Shown piece by piece: positions 40,754 through 53,739 of a stretch of 64,000 nucleotides of DNA. Made by a program: the position numbers and the translations under genes. The DNA comes from Octopus vulgaris (Eukaryota): positions 18,104,001-18,168,000 of the forward strand of contig OX597836.1 in assembly GCA_951406725.2 (NCBI GenBank), read 5' to 3'. Under the pieces are notes generated by a model. It did no database searches. It had not been told where the DNA came from and was given only the letters and a program-made list of their open reading frames with translations. The first letter of the stretch is position 1. Every line of letters starts with the position of its first letter.

Positions 40754-41529
40754 TAAAAAATAATAATAATAGCGCTTTTTATTCATTACTTAATTCTATT
40801 TTGAAATATTAAAATATGTTCATGAAGAACAGGGCTGTATACGTAATCAATTAGTTTACGTACTTACGTGCTTGTGATGTGTACTTAATCGGATATAGTC
40901 CAATACTTTTAATGAGTGTTTCTGACTCGGTTGTAGTCCAGCGTTTTGTCAGTGCAGCGAGCGTGTTTACTACGTGTTGTGCGAGTGACGGAGGTAACAC
41001 ATAATTAAAATACCTCGTTTCATTCGGAAGGCAGAAATAAATTTTAATGAGTATTACTTACTCGGATATAATCCAGCACTTCGTCAGTTATTTTTCTCTT
41101 ATTCCCGATGTTTTGGGATAGATTTCGGATCAGTGTTTTATCGCTCTCACATATTAAACGTCCACGATGTTCACAAATTGTCTACGCCAATAGATAAGAT
41201 CCGGAGCCAAACACTAACACGAAAGTGTTATGACAAGTAACTCATGCCGTATGAGAGGAAATATTAACAATGACAAATACTTTAAAAAAGGAAAATATTA
41301 ATATCAGTGATGATAATAATAATAATGAAATGAAGCGGTTGGAATGTCATCAAGTCCTGATTGATGAAAAATATAATGATGGTGTCACAATAAAAACACT
41401 GGTAACTGCGCAACCTGATAATTGCTACCTCATAGTGACAATGAAAAAACAAAATATTGTGAATAACGGTAGTAACTCAACTGAAGCCTTTGTGGTGACA
41501 GTGTTGCATCGGGCTGGCTCAAATATACT

Positions 41530-42100
41530 GGTCCGAATCCAGCTTGTCGTTATCCAGCAATGGATAAACGTAAACGGAATAAACAAGTCAATGATGTGGT
41601 CATGGAGTGTTACTACCTGAGCAACTCTGTAGACGAAAATGGTGTTCATATTAGGGGATACCGACAACGTATGTATGGTCAATGGAGAGAAAGACCCACG
41701 GCACAAAGATTATGTGACCAAGTTAGAGTAATAAGAAAAAATCATTGGTTCACAGAAGTAGAGCTCGAAGCTATTAAAAGACGGGTATTGGAAAACAGCA
41801 GCTGAGGAAACCTGAAACTATAGTTCTTATTGATAAAAGTAATCTCATAGAAGAAAACAGAGATGAAATCTCTAATAAACCACAGGAAAGGAACAGCGAT
41901 AGTTTGGTCGATGAAAGACATAGAGATGGTTTGGAGAAAGACAGTAAAACTTATGGCGACATGACACATGGGCAAAAGGCAATTTAAGACTGAATAAAAT
42001 AAAGGCTACAGGAGAAGGATAGCGACATTATATGCAACCTTGAAAAGGTTGATCGGTGGAAATTGAACCAAGAAACTAAAAATCTGAATGAATTTCTGCA
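41530..42100 (+). pseudogene. N-terminal fragment of an R4/Dong-clade ORF
   Basis: NDVVMECYYLS...RGYRQRMYGQW...QRLCDQVRVIRKNHWFTEVELEAIK, characteristic of R4-clade N-termini; stops follow. Confidence 0.7.
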
Positions 42101-43101
42101 TCCATGCTGATTAACTACGCAATCGTCAACGTTGTCACATGTTCATACTGTTCTGTCGTAAAGACTTGACACATCTAAACACTCCCAAGTGTCACCCAAT
42201 TACATCATAGTTTAGAAACAACTGAAAAGAATGTTGTAACTAGAAGATTATGGCACAGAAGAAAGAAAACTGTAGAACGAAAGAAGTAGAGGACATTATT
42301 AAAAATTAGAACCCGCCATCAAAAACAGAAAAGATTTGAATGATGCGAATTCACAATTTATCAGTTGTCATTCAGCATATCCGCAGCATTACGCCCTAGC
42401 CAACATCACTATCGCCATCACATATCTGAGATGTTTAACACATCTCTTTATTACCCGCTTGTTTAAGTGTTTTGGGTGTAAAAACTCTGATTTTCGAAAT
42501 AAAAGCGTAATCACGGGCTTTTGTTTTGATAACCATGTTTCAAAATAGCATGCTTCTAGTATTATCAATCATCACAGGCACACATACATACAAACATGCA
42601 TACATACATACACACATAGATACATACAAACATGCATACATACATACACACATACATACATACATATATACATACATACACACATACATACATGCATACA
42701 TATATACATACATACATACATACATACATACGTACGTACATACATATATACATACATACACACATACATACATGCATACATATATACATACATACATACA
42801 TACCCACATACATACATACATACATACATATATACATACATACACACATACATACATGCATACATATATACATACATACATACATACATGCATACATACA
42901 TTTATAGATACATAATATACAGACATTCAAGCATACATACATATATACATACACACATAGATACACATATACATACATACGTACGTACATATGTATGAAT
43001 GTACGTACGTATATATGCATTTATGTATATATATATATATATAAGTATATGCGCGTGTATATATATCTATATGTGTATGTATATATACATATATGTATAT
43101 A

Positions 43102-43148
<47 letters not shown>

Positions 43149-43565
43149 GTAAATGTATTTGTATGTATAGATATATATGCGTGTGTGTTCATATATATAT
43201 ATATATGTGTGTGTGTGTATATACGTGTGTGTGTGTGTGTGCGTATTGTTAGATACACAGCAGATAGATTCATAGATAGACGCAAGCGTGTTACGTTTTT
43301 CTGTGTGTTTTTGTCAGAACAACAACATGTTATTCGATAACTTTTATGGCAAACCCTTTCTGTCGACGCAATTCGTAGCACCTTCCTCGCTCCGGATCTC
43401 TCTTACCCACCCTTAAGTCTTTCAAAGTATTCATGGGCTTTGTATGTATTTATATATTTGTTATTTCCAAGCTTGTTTCGATAAATTTGTTCGTCATATG
43501 GGGGAAAGCCAGCATTCTCATTTAATGAATGCAAAATTTCATGACCTTCGCAATCCTGTGATTGC

Positions 43566-43630
<65 letters not shown>

Positions 43631-43849
43631 CATGTGCATGTGTGTTTGTGTGTGCGTATGTGTGCAAGCGTGCGTGTGTGTTTGTGAGTGTATGTGTGTG
43701 TGTTCCTGTGTCTTCCTGTGTGTATGAGTGTGTTTGTTTGTGTGTGTGTGTTTATATATTTATCGACGTATATAAATATATGCATATACACACGCATACA
43801 CATACACATGCATATTATTATAACATCTGTGAATATGATTGTATGAACG

Positions 43850-43895
<46 letters not shown>

Positions 43896-43930
43896 CGTGT
43901 GTGAGTGTGTGTATGTGTATGTATGTGTGC

Positions 43931-43978
<48 letters not shown>

Positions 43979-44690
43979 GTAAATATATGTATGTGTGCGT
44001 GCTTGTGTGTGTATGTGCGTGTGTGGGAGAGAGAGAGAGAGAGCGCGTGTGGGTGTTCTATTATGTAATATCGACTGCTCCAATCTTCGATGTACAACGA
44101 TAAAACATTCCCCACCTTTCCCTCCCACTCCCCCACACTAATGCTCTCCTCACTCTCCTCCCCATTTCTCTCTCTCCCTTCCTCTCACTTTATCGTCATG
44201 CTGATTATTCTGCTGCTATCAAAGCTAACATCTTTTAGCTATATAACCGGAGTTTCGTATTAAAGCAACCTTACGGGTTCTGTTTCCAAAAGCTCCGTCT
44301 GATTTATTGCTTACTGTCACACTAGATGGCGTAATGCGTAGGGGTACGGGGTGTGTGTGTGTATGGATGGATGGATGCAAGTATCTATGTATGTTTCTAT
44401 GTATGTGTCAATGTTAGAGTTGGTATAGAAGTGTACGTACGCATGTTTATACGTCTGTGTGTTTGAGAATCCGTGAGTGTGTGCACCGAAATATACGAGT
44501 GTTTGAATGTTAAAGGATTGTGTTCGTGCGGTTATACGTGTCTGTATGTGTGTGTGTGCATACATATATATATATATATATATACACAAACAAACTTATA
44601 CATACATATATATATATAATTGTGCGTGTGTGTAAATTTGTATACGTGTACATACATATGTATATATACATATATCTACATCATATAAGG

Positions 44691-44731
<41 letters not shown>

Positions 44732-44805
44732 AATGTATATATATATATATAAATATATAAATATGTGTGTGTGTATTCATATATATATATATATATAAAT
44801 ATATA

Positions 44806-44902
<97 letters not shown>

Positions 44903-45636
44903 CCTTATATATGAATGTATGTATGATATGTTGAGATAGGTAGATCGATAGATAGATCGATAGATATATGGGTGGAGGCTTGGAAGCGTGAGTGTGTAAG
45001 TAGCAAGGTGTATAACGGTATTATCGCGAGTATCTGTAGTTGTATCTGTGTCTATGGCCGAATATATTTGTGATGTCGGATATGGTTATGATGAAAGGTA
45101 GGGGGTCTGTGTTGATAATGCTGTTTTAGGCCCTGTTCCTAGTTTTTTGTTCGTGGGAGTTAATGAAATTTCGTTGTTGTATTTTCCAAGTATAGGAAGG
45201 TGGCGTGCTGAGAAAATCGTCAGCAGGTGAGGCAAAACAGTTAGAGGCTCTGCTAGCGGGTTTTACGTTCTGAGTTCTCATGAGACGAGGTCGAGTTTGT
45301 TTTTCACTTGTCGGAGTCTAGGAAATAAATAAAAGTTTAGGCCTGCGATCGACGTCATCAACTAGCCCCGTCCCCTGACACCTCAGGGATTTGGGCTTAT
45401 AGTAGGAAGGATAATATACTTCATGCACAGGATCTCCCTTAAAACATGTGTGTAAGCATATACGGATCTTTCACTTGTTTCACTTGTGAGTCTGCGGCCA
45501 CGATGGGGCACCACACTGCAGAATTTTTAATCGAATGAATCGATTCAAGTACTTTTTTAAAAAGTTGCTACTTATTCTTTTCCTAAACTGTTCAGTTATG
45601 GACGTAAACACATACACACACACACACACACACACA

Positions 45637-45669
<33 letters not shown>

Positions 45670-46136
45670 TCTGTCACACACACACACACAAACACACATA
45701 TATATACCCTTAGACTCACCTCCGCGACATCAGATTTGGCAATGATATTCATCGCCTCCATTCACATACACACAGACACGTTAGACTAACTCGCCCCCAT
45801 TTACACATACACACTCACACACATCATTCTCACAGATCCACACACGCATGCGCACCTTAATTCGTTGGGGTCACCATTACTTTTACTGCTATTAGTATTA
45901 TTATTTATTACTATTATTATTATTATTTTTTTTTTTTTTTCTTCTTTCAAATTTGCTTCCATTTCTTGCCGAGTGTCTTCCCGACTCCTAGGGCAAAGAA
46001 ACTTATAGTATACATTGGTAGGCCATTAAACCAAACTCAATAGTTCGTTCATTTTTTTTTTCTCTTTTTTTTAAAGTTAAATTAAAATACATGAGCAGCA
46101 ACAGTTCTCACATCGACAATGCTCTTCTCAATACTA

Positions 46137-46265
<129 letters not shown>

Positions 46266-46698
46266 CTTCCTTTCATTCAACGTCTTTTTTCCAGTCATAT
46301 CGCCATGCTGGACTTTTGAACTCTGCACATTTTTTCTGTCTTCGTTTTTTTTTTTTTTTCATTCTCTGTCCATTTTTGTCCTCTTAATCCTTTCTGTCGA
46401 AGAGCTTAGGCTCGAAACATATAAGACTTATCCATTTATCCTAAGCGTTAAATTAATACAGCTGCTTGTTATTGCTACACTTGTCTTCGTCATGTGTTTT
46501 CTGTAACTTTGAACTATATATAAATACGTATGTGTGTGTGTGTGTGTGTGTGTGAGTATGTGTGTGTGTCATTGTATTTGTCATCCTCATCATCGCTTGA
46601 CAACCGATGCTGGTATGTTTACGTCCCCATATATATATATATTTATATTGGTATATGTATAGAGCTAGATAAATAGATAGATACTCATATATATATAA

Positions 46699-46753
<55 letters not shown>

Positions 46754-47016
46754 CATACATATTTGAGGCGGGTACGATAAGTGGTTGTGTGTATGATCTC
46801 GCTACTTGTGATGTGTGCGTATGTATGTATCTCTTTAACGGTGTGTATGTATAACTTTGAGAGCGTACGAGTTTGTATGCGTCTGTGTGCCTCTGTGTGC
46901 GCGTGTGTGTATGTCTGTATGTATTGGTGTGTGTATGTGTGTGTGCGTGTCTGTGTATCTGCCATTTGGATTATTTCATCGATGGTGCAATACCCTTATT
47001 CCTCTAGTTTTTATTC

Positions 47017-47066
<50 letters not shown>

Positions 47067-47205
47067 ATTTTCGCTGTTTTTGTTGTTGTTCTAGTTGCTG
47101 GCGCTATTGTTCCTATAATTGCTTTCCGTCTTAATTTTCGTTTTTGATATCGTTTATTATTAAGAATATTATGTCACTGTTTCCCAGTTAGATGTTTATT
47201 GTCGC

Positions 47206-47260
<55 letters not shown>

Positions 47261-47265
47261 GATGT

Positions 47266-47307
<42 letters not shown>

Positions 47308-48137
47308 CGATGATGATGACGATGCTACTACTGCTCATGCTGCTGCCGATATTGCTCCTGCTGCTGTTGCCGCCTGCTGCTGTTGCTGTTGATGATGACG
47401 CCGACAACAACGACGGCGATGACGACGATGGTGATGGTGATGATAATCATGATGACGATGATAAGGTTGACGATGATGATTATGATAATGATAATGACGT
47501 TCATGTTGGTAGTGGTGGTGGTGGTGATGGTGTTTACAATGAATACGATGATGATAATGATGATGATGGCGATGCGGCGTAGGAGGCTGAGCAGGAAATT
47601 AAGAGTGTTTCTTTTTTAAAGCTTTGAGTTTCTTCTATTGATTCGAATTTCGGTCGAGGATATAGTATAAACGTTTACTAAACATGTGGATATAACATGG
47701 TGTGCATATTAATTAGTTAAGTGTGCAATAACATGGTTAATGTAGGGGAGCAAAAGATATTTTAATTAATTAAAACCAAACCATTAAGGAACAGAAAAAT
47801 ATCATTCTCCTGATAATTAACTCAACTAAAAAAAACGCCTGGTAAACAACCCCTACTGAATTTAAATTAACCGAAGTTAATATTTATTCATAAGGCATCA
47901 TATATTTATAAGTTAATTAATTATGCCTGAACGCCATCCATGAAGAAATATGTAAATTAACTTGAGTCGTTCATAAGTTTATATACGATTTTAATAAATA
48001 GATGAATCCAGGTTTGTGGTTTTTATGCGTGCATTACGATCTGGAAAGTAAGAGACAAGCAATCACTGATAACGTATTTATTAAAATTAAAACCAAAACC
48101 AAAACCAAAAATCTCCTTTAGGTTTTCGTTCTAAATA

Positions 48138-48296
48138 GGAGTGGCTGTGTGGTAAGTAGCTTGCTAAACAACCACATGATTCCGGGTTCAGTCCCACTGC
48201 GTGGCATCTTGGGCAAGTGTCTTCTGCTATAGCCCCGGGCCGACCAATGCCTTGTGAGTGGATTTGGTAGACGGAAACTGAAAGAAGCCTGTCGTA

Positions 48297-48351
<55 letters not shown>

Positions 48352-48562
48352 TTGTGTGTCTGTGTTTGTCCCCCTAGCATTGCTTGACAACCGATGCTGG
48401 TGTGTTTACGTCCCCGTCACTTAGCGGTTCGGCGAAAGAGACTGATAGAATAAGTACTGGGCTTACAAAGAATAAGTCCTGGGGTCGATTTGCTCGACTA
48501 AAGGTGGTGCTCCAGCATGGCCGCAGTCAAATGACTGAAACAAGTAAAAGAGTAAAAGAGTA
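48138..48562 (+). mobile_element. SINE family 2, full length
   Basis: ggagtggctgtgtggtaag head, B-box-like ggttcagtccc, CORE-like cttgggcaagt, tail gcatggccgcagtcaaatgactgaaacaagtaaaagag. Confidence 0.92.
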
Positions 48563-48862
48563 ATAGCGAGCGTGGTATGATAACTATAGCTGTTTAATTG
48601 TGGTGTAGGTCCTCGTCACTTCGACGAATGGAGGCGGGATCAACATTATACAGCTTAAGAACAACCACCCTATGGCCACCTGTCTGCAGGGTCAAACCTG
48701 AAGAATTCCAGTAGCATTTTCTGTTTGTCCCTTCAACCTCTTACTCTAATGCTACTGGAATTATGAAAGAGGTGGAATGCTGTTGATGCTGGTATCCTGG
48801 TTTGCTGAACAACTAGCGTGATCGACTAGCTCCCTCCCTCAATTGTGTATATATTAGAAAGA

Positions 48863-48952
<90 letters not shown>

Positions 48953-48953
<1 letters not shown>

Positions 48954-50098
48954 TATGTTTGACTTTTGCTTTATGTCTGTAAAAGTTGGCTCCAAGTCTC
49001 ACCCAGAGACCTCAAGAGACAGCAGATTGCAAGTTCACGTTGTTGTGATGCCTAGTGTGCCATATATTTGGGTTTTTTTTGGTGTTGTACTAGTGAATGT
49101 CTAATAAATAAATAAAAAGTTTGTTTTAAACCTTGGGATTACATACAGAGTATTTTGCGTAGGATATGAACGGTTCCCATGAGCACTATCTTTTGAATTC
49201 TGCCATTTTGGGGTTTCCTAGTATCTGAGTTAGGTAGCAATCAGCCCCGTTCGCTATCATTCCCAAGGCACCTATGATAACAGGTATTGTTTTAGTCTTC
49301 AGGTTCCACATTTTGCTGATTTCTATTTCAAGATCTTTATATTTGCTCAGTTTTTGGTAGGTCTTGACAGATACGTTTAAATCGATTGGGACAGTCATAT
49401 CAATGAGGAGGCATGTTCTTTGTCTGAAGTATTTCAACATGATGTCTGGCCTATTTGCATCTATCTTTCTGTCAGTTTGAATGGTGAAGTTCCAGAGGAG
49501 TGAGATGTGGTCATTTTCAAGCACTTGAGGTGGATTGTGTTCCCACTAGTTTTTTTTCATGGGGCAAATCCAGGTTTTTGCAAATTACCCAGTGAATATA
49601 TTGTGCAGCTCTATCATGCCTGTTGAGGTACTCTGTAGGCGCTAGAAGACTGCATTTGGAGACAACATGATCAATGGTTTCATTTTGTTGTCGGCATACA
49701 CGACATGTTGGGCTACTGCCGTTCTTTAATATGTTGGCCTGGTAGTTTCTTGTTGGTAGGCATTGATCTTGAGCTGCTATGATAAACCCTTCTGTTTCAG
49801 ATTTTAAGCCAGAGGCCATTAGCCATTGATGGGTCAGGGCTTTGTCAATATCTGCATTATTCGCTCTCTTTGGGTATTTGCCATAGAGAGGTTTTTCTTG
49901 CCATTTATTATTCAGAATATCTAAGGCCGCAGTTTTGGCACGGGTTTTCATGCGCCTAGCTTTTTCTGTGCTTGTTTCTTGTATGTCTATCTCTAATTCC
50001 GAAATTTGTTGTATTCGGAATTCACTTAGATATTCCTTTGCCTGTTTTGTTACTGAGTATGATGCTTTCTTGTTTTCATGTTTTGAGACAAGTTTTAA

Positions 50099-50099
<1 letters not shown>
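48953..50099 (-). pseudogene. R4/Dong-clade LINE 3' portion: CCHC knuckle + restriction-like endonuclease
   Basis: WLMASGLKSETEGFIIAAQDQ, CRVC...ETIDHVVSKC, RHD, NRPDI...LIDMTVP...KLSKYKDL, MGTVHILRKILCM*; two frameshifts; (TAA)n on both sides. Confidence 0.92.
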
Positions 50100-50153
<54 letters not shown>

Positions 50154-50166
50154 GTTGTTGTTGTTG

Positions 50167-50215
<49 letters not shown>

Positions 50216-50447
50216 CATTATTATTATCAAGGTGGTGAACTGGCAGAATAATTAGCACGACGGGGAAAATGCTTAGCAGCATTTCTTCGTTTTCACGTTC
50301 TGAGTTCTAATATAACTTAGGTCGATTTTACCATTCGTTCTTTCGGTGTCGATGAAATAAGTACCAGTTGAATACTGGGGTTGATGTGATCAACTTCTTC
50401 AAAATTTCTGACAAAATGCCAAAATTTGAAACCAATATTATTACTAG

Positions 50448-50486
<39 letters not shown>

Positions 50487-51285
50487 TATTATTATCAAAG
50501 CGGAGTTGGACTTTGCATTTGATAATATCGAGATCGATTAAAAAACGTACCAGTGAAGTACTGTGATCGATTTAATCAACAAACCCATTCCTACTAAAAT
50601 CCAGTCCTTGTGCCTATAGTAGAAGGGATTATTGGTTTCATTTTCCTGCGAAGTGAGACACGTATAACCATTATAACACATTGAGCCCATAAGTTCCCAT
50701 TTTATGAAATACTCATCAGGGATCGCGTAATTCAGACTTTGAAGATGCCGAAACCAAAAAACCTGGATACATTTATTAAAAACGCATTTAAAATTATGCA
50801 CGACATAAGGTGATTTACATATTGTCACATGACTGACGTCCACGAATAATTAATTAGCGCATAAATTCATCATAGCGTATGAATAATTATTAACTTCGAT
50901 AAATTGAAATTCTATTGGTTGTCTTTCTGTCATTTTTTTGGTAGAGTTAATTGTTAAGATAATGATATTCTTCTCTTCACTAATGGCGTAGTTTTAATTA
51001 ATTAAAATGTCTTTCAGCTCCTCTACTTTAAACATGTTATTGCACACTTAACTAATTAATATGCACACCGCGTAATATGCATATGATTGGTCTATATATG
51101 TATATATATATAATTTTCCCTACATAGAAATGTATTTACATATAAACATATATCAGCGTCATCAATGTTCATCGGCATCATTACCATCGACCTCATCGGC
51201 ATCTTGATCGTCATCATCACATCAAATCATCATCATCATCATCATATCATCGTCGTCGTCATTGTCACCGTCGTTGTGATCATCG

Positions 51286-51320
<35 letters not shown>

Positions 51321-52134
51321 GCAATCTATATTATCATTATTATCATTAATATAACGACTGTCCCCGATAATCGTCCATTATCATCATCATCATCATCAGA
51401 GATATGACAACTGTGTTAATGAAATTTATGTTGTTGTTTTTGTTGCTGCTGACAACGATGCTGCTGCTGCTGCTGTTATAAGGTTGAAGACGACGACGAC
51501 GGCGACGATGATGACGATGACGACGACGATGATGATGATTAAAATGAAATGATGACGTGGATGATGATGAAGACGATGGTGATGATCAATTCGTTGACGA
51601 CGAGGATGATGAGGATGATTATCATGATGATGGTAATAATGACGATGAGGAAAATGATGATGATGATGAGGAGGAGGAGGAGGAGGTAGATGGTGATGAA
51701 CGATGATGGTGATAATGATGAAGACATGGACGACGGTTGTGATGATGATGGTGATGATATTGATGATAATGATGCTAATAACGATAATGATGAAGATGAT
51801 GGTGTTAGTGCTGATGATGATTTACATTGATATCGAAAACAATTGGGAATACAACACATTCTCTCTTCCTTATCCCCCTTCTTTTAACTCCCCCCCATCA
51901 CCATCTTTATCACTTAAACATTTATCCTAACACTCCTTTCCTATTATAATGTAATTTACTCTCTAACCAGGTTTTATCTTTCCATCATGCATCTACCAAT
52001 AGAAAATGGAAAAATCACTTGGGAAAATTAACTCTCGTTTTCATCAGCCTAAGAACAGGGCTTGCAAAATTTTCCTTTTAAACACATAACGTGCACATCA
52101 CAGGTAATTCTCTACGCTATATTCCTAATATATA

Positions 52135-53365
52135 TTTCTTTATAGCCCATAGGGGCTAAACATAGAGGGGACAAACAAGGACGGACGAAGGGATTAAGTC
52201 GATTACATCGACCCCAGTGCATAACTGGTGCTTTATTTATCGACCCCGAAAGGATGAAAGGCAAAGTCGACTTCGGCGGAATTTGAACTCAGAACGTAGC
52301 GGCAGACGAAATACCGCTAAGCATTTCGCCCGGCGTGCTAACGTTTCGGCCAGCTCGCCACCTTAAAGGGTAATAATAAAAGAATTGTACCCAATGAGAT
52401 GTATGCTCTTCTCTCTCTTTTCCCTCTTTCTAAAACGAAGTTCTCCACATAAGACAAAAGATGAATATGCTTAGAAACGATATCTCCCCACGAGGAAGGA
52501 ATCTCTTTCACCACCGCATCCCACTTTATTTCTACCACAGTATATGTGGCTTTCTGTAAGACCGTAATCTGGATTATAATGTGTAAAACATGGTCTAGAT
52601 GCCACAGGCATCCCTTCGCAACTCTAGCCAGTGGGGCAAGACCGAGGCGACGGTAAAAGGCCTAACGGTATGACGTTCTGAGTTCAAATTCCGCCGAGGT
52701 CGACTTTGCCGTTCATCCTTTCGGGGTCGATTAAATAAGTACCAGTTACGCACTGGGGTCGATGTAATCGATTTAATCCATGTGTCTGTCCTTGTTTGTC
52801 TCCTCTGTGTTTAGCCCCTTGTGGGTAGTAAAGAAATAGGTATGACAGTTCTCCCATTCTGTGGCGGTAGGCCTCTCGACTGGCAGGCCACTTACTGTGA
52901 CACCTTCTCCACCGGCTGATCGTCAGACTGACAAAAGCAAACTGTCAAGGTATCGGTCGCTCTTTGACATGTTTATGGTCGAGCCTGTATCAGTGGCTTT
53001 CTGGCACAGGCTAAATCCCTGCTCACTGTCTATCCGCAATTGCAAGCCCTGTGTGTCAGTCAGAGTCGCTGATGCAGCGCATCTCCCTCGTCATCCTCCA
53101 AGGTAATACCTTTTCCAGTTTGTCTGCTGGAACCTATTTCTTTACTACCCACAAGGGGCTAAACACAGAGGAGACAAACAAGGACAGACACATGGATTAA
53201 ATCGATTACATCGACCCCAGTGCGTAACTGGTACTTATTTAATCGACCCCGAAAGGATGAAAGGCAAAGTCGACCTCGGCTGAATTTGAACTCAGAACAT
53301 AACGGCAGACGAAATACGGCTACGCATTTCGCCCGGTGTGCTAACGATTCTGCCAGCTCGCCGCC
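52135..53365. mobile_element. Three young SINE family 1 copies: 52135-52363 (-), 52675-52838 (+), 53135-53365 (-)
   Basis: TSD ggtatgac (52667/52839) and TSD tttgtctgctggaacc (53119/53366). Confidence 0.92.
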
Positions 53366-53739
53366 TTTGTCTGCTGGAACCAATGAGGCAGTCTGAAACG
53401 CAAGAAATTTCGTAGCTTTTTTGCTCCTAATTGGTCTTTACGAGCAACTCACCAAACATGTTTAGCTTTATTTACGCTAGATTGTTTTTTCGCACTCATT
53501 CTTCTGATATATTCACGTGTGATGTTTTGCCACCTTATAGACTGTGAATTATTTAATATTCACTTTTTATAAACAATTACTCCATCAAATTTTTTGTAAA
53601 CATTTTTCTCTTTCTTTAATTTCAAATAGAATTCATGAATCATTCTTAACATAATTTCATTGCTGTAGAAAAATATCATAAATAAGTGAAATAAAATGCA
53701 TAAACAGCAGTTATAATGGACATTTTAACACTTTTAAAA

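Larger units (their letters stand above)
47695..51075. repeat. Pair of ~330-bp diverged inverted repeats (47695-48025 / 50750-51075)
   Basis: ggtgtgcatattaattagttaagtgtgcaataacatg vs catgttattgcacacttaactaattaatatgcacacc; colinear similarity through atccaggttt / aaacctggat. Confidence 0.8.

Noticed and set aside
52890-53395. Minus-strand exon between tttcag and GTAAGT
   Set aside because: Interrupted by a SINE and has stops in all three frames.
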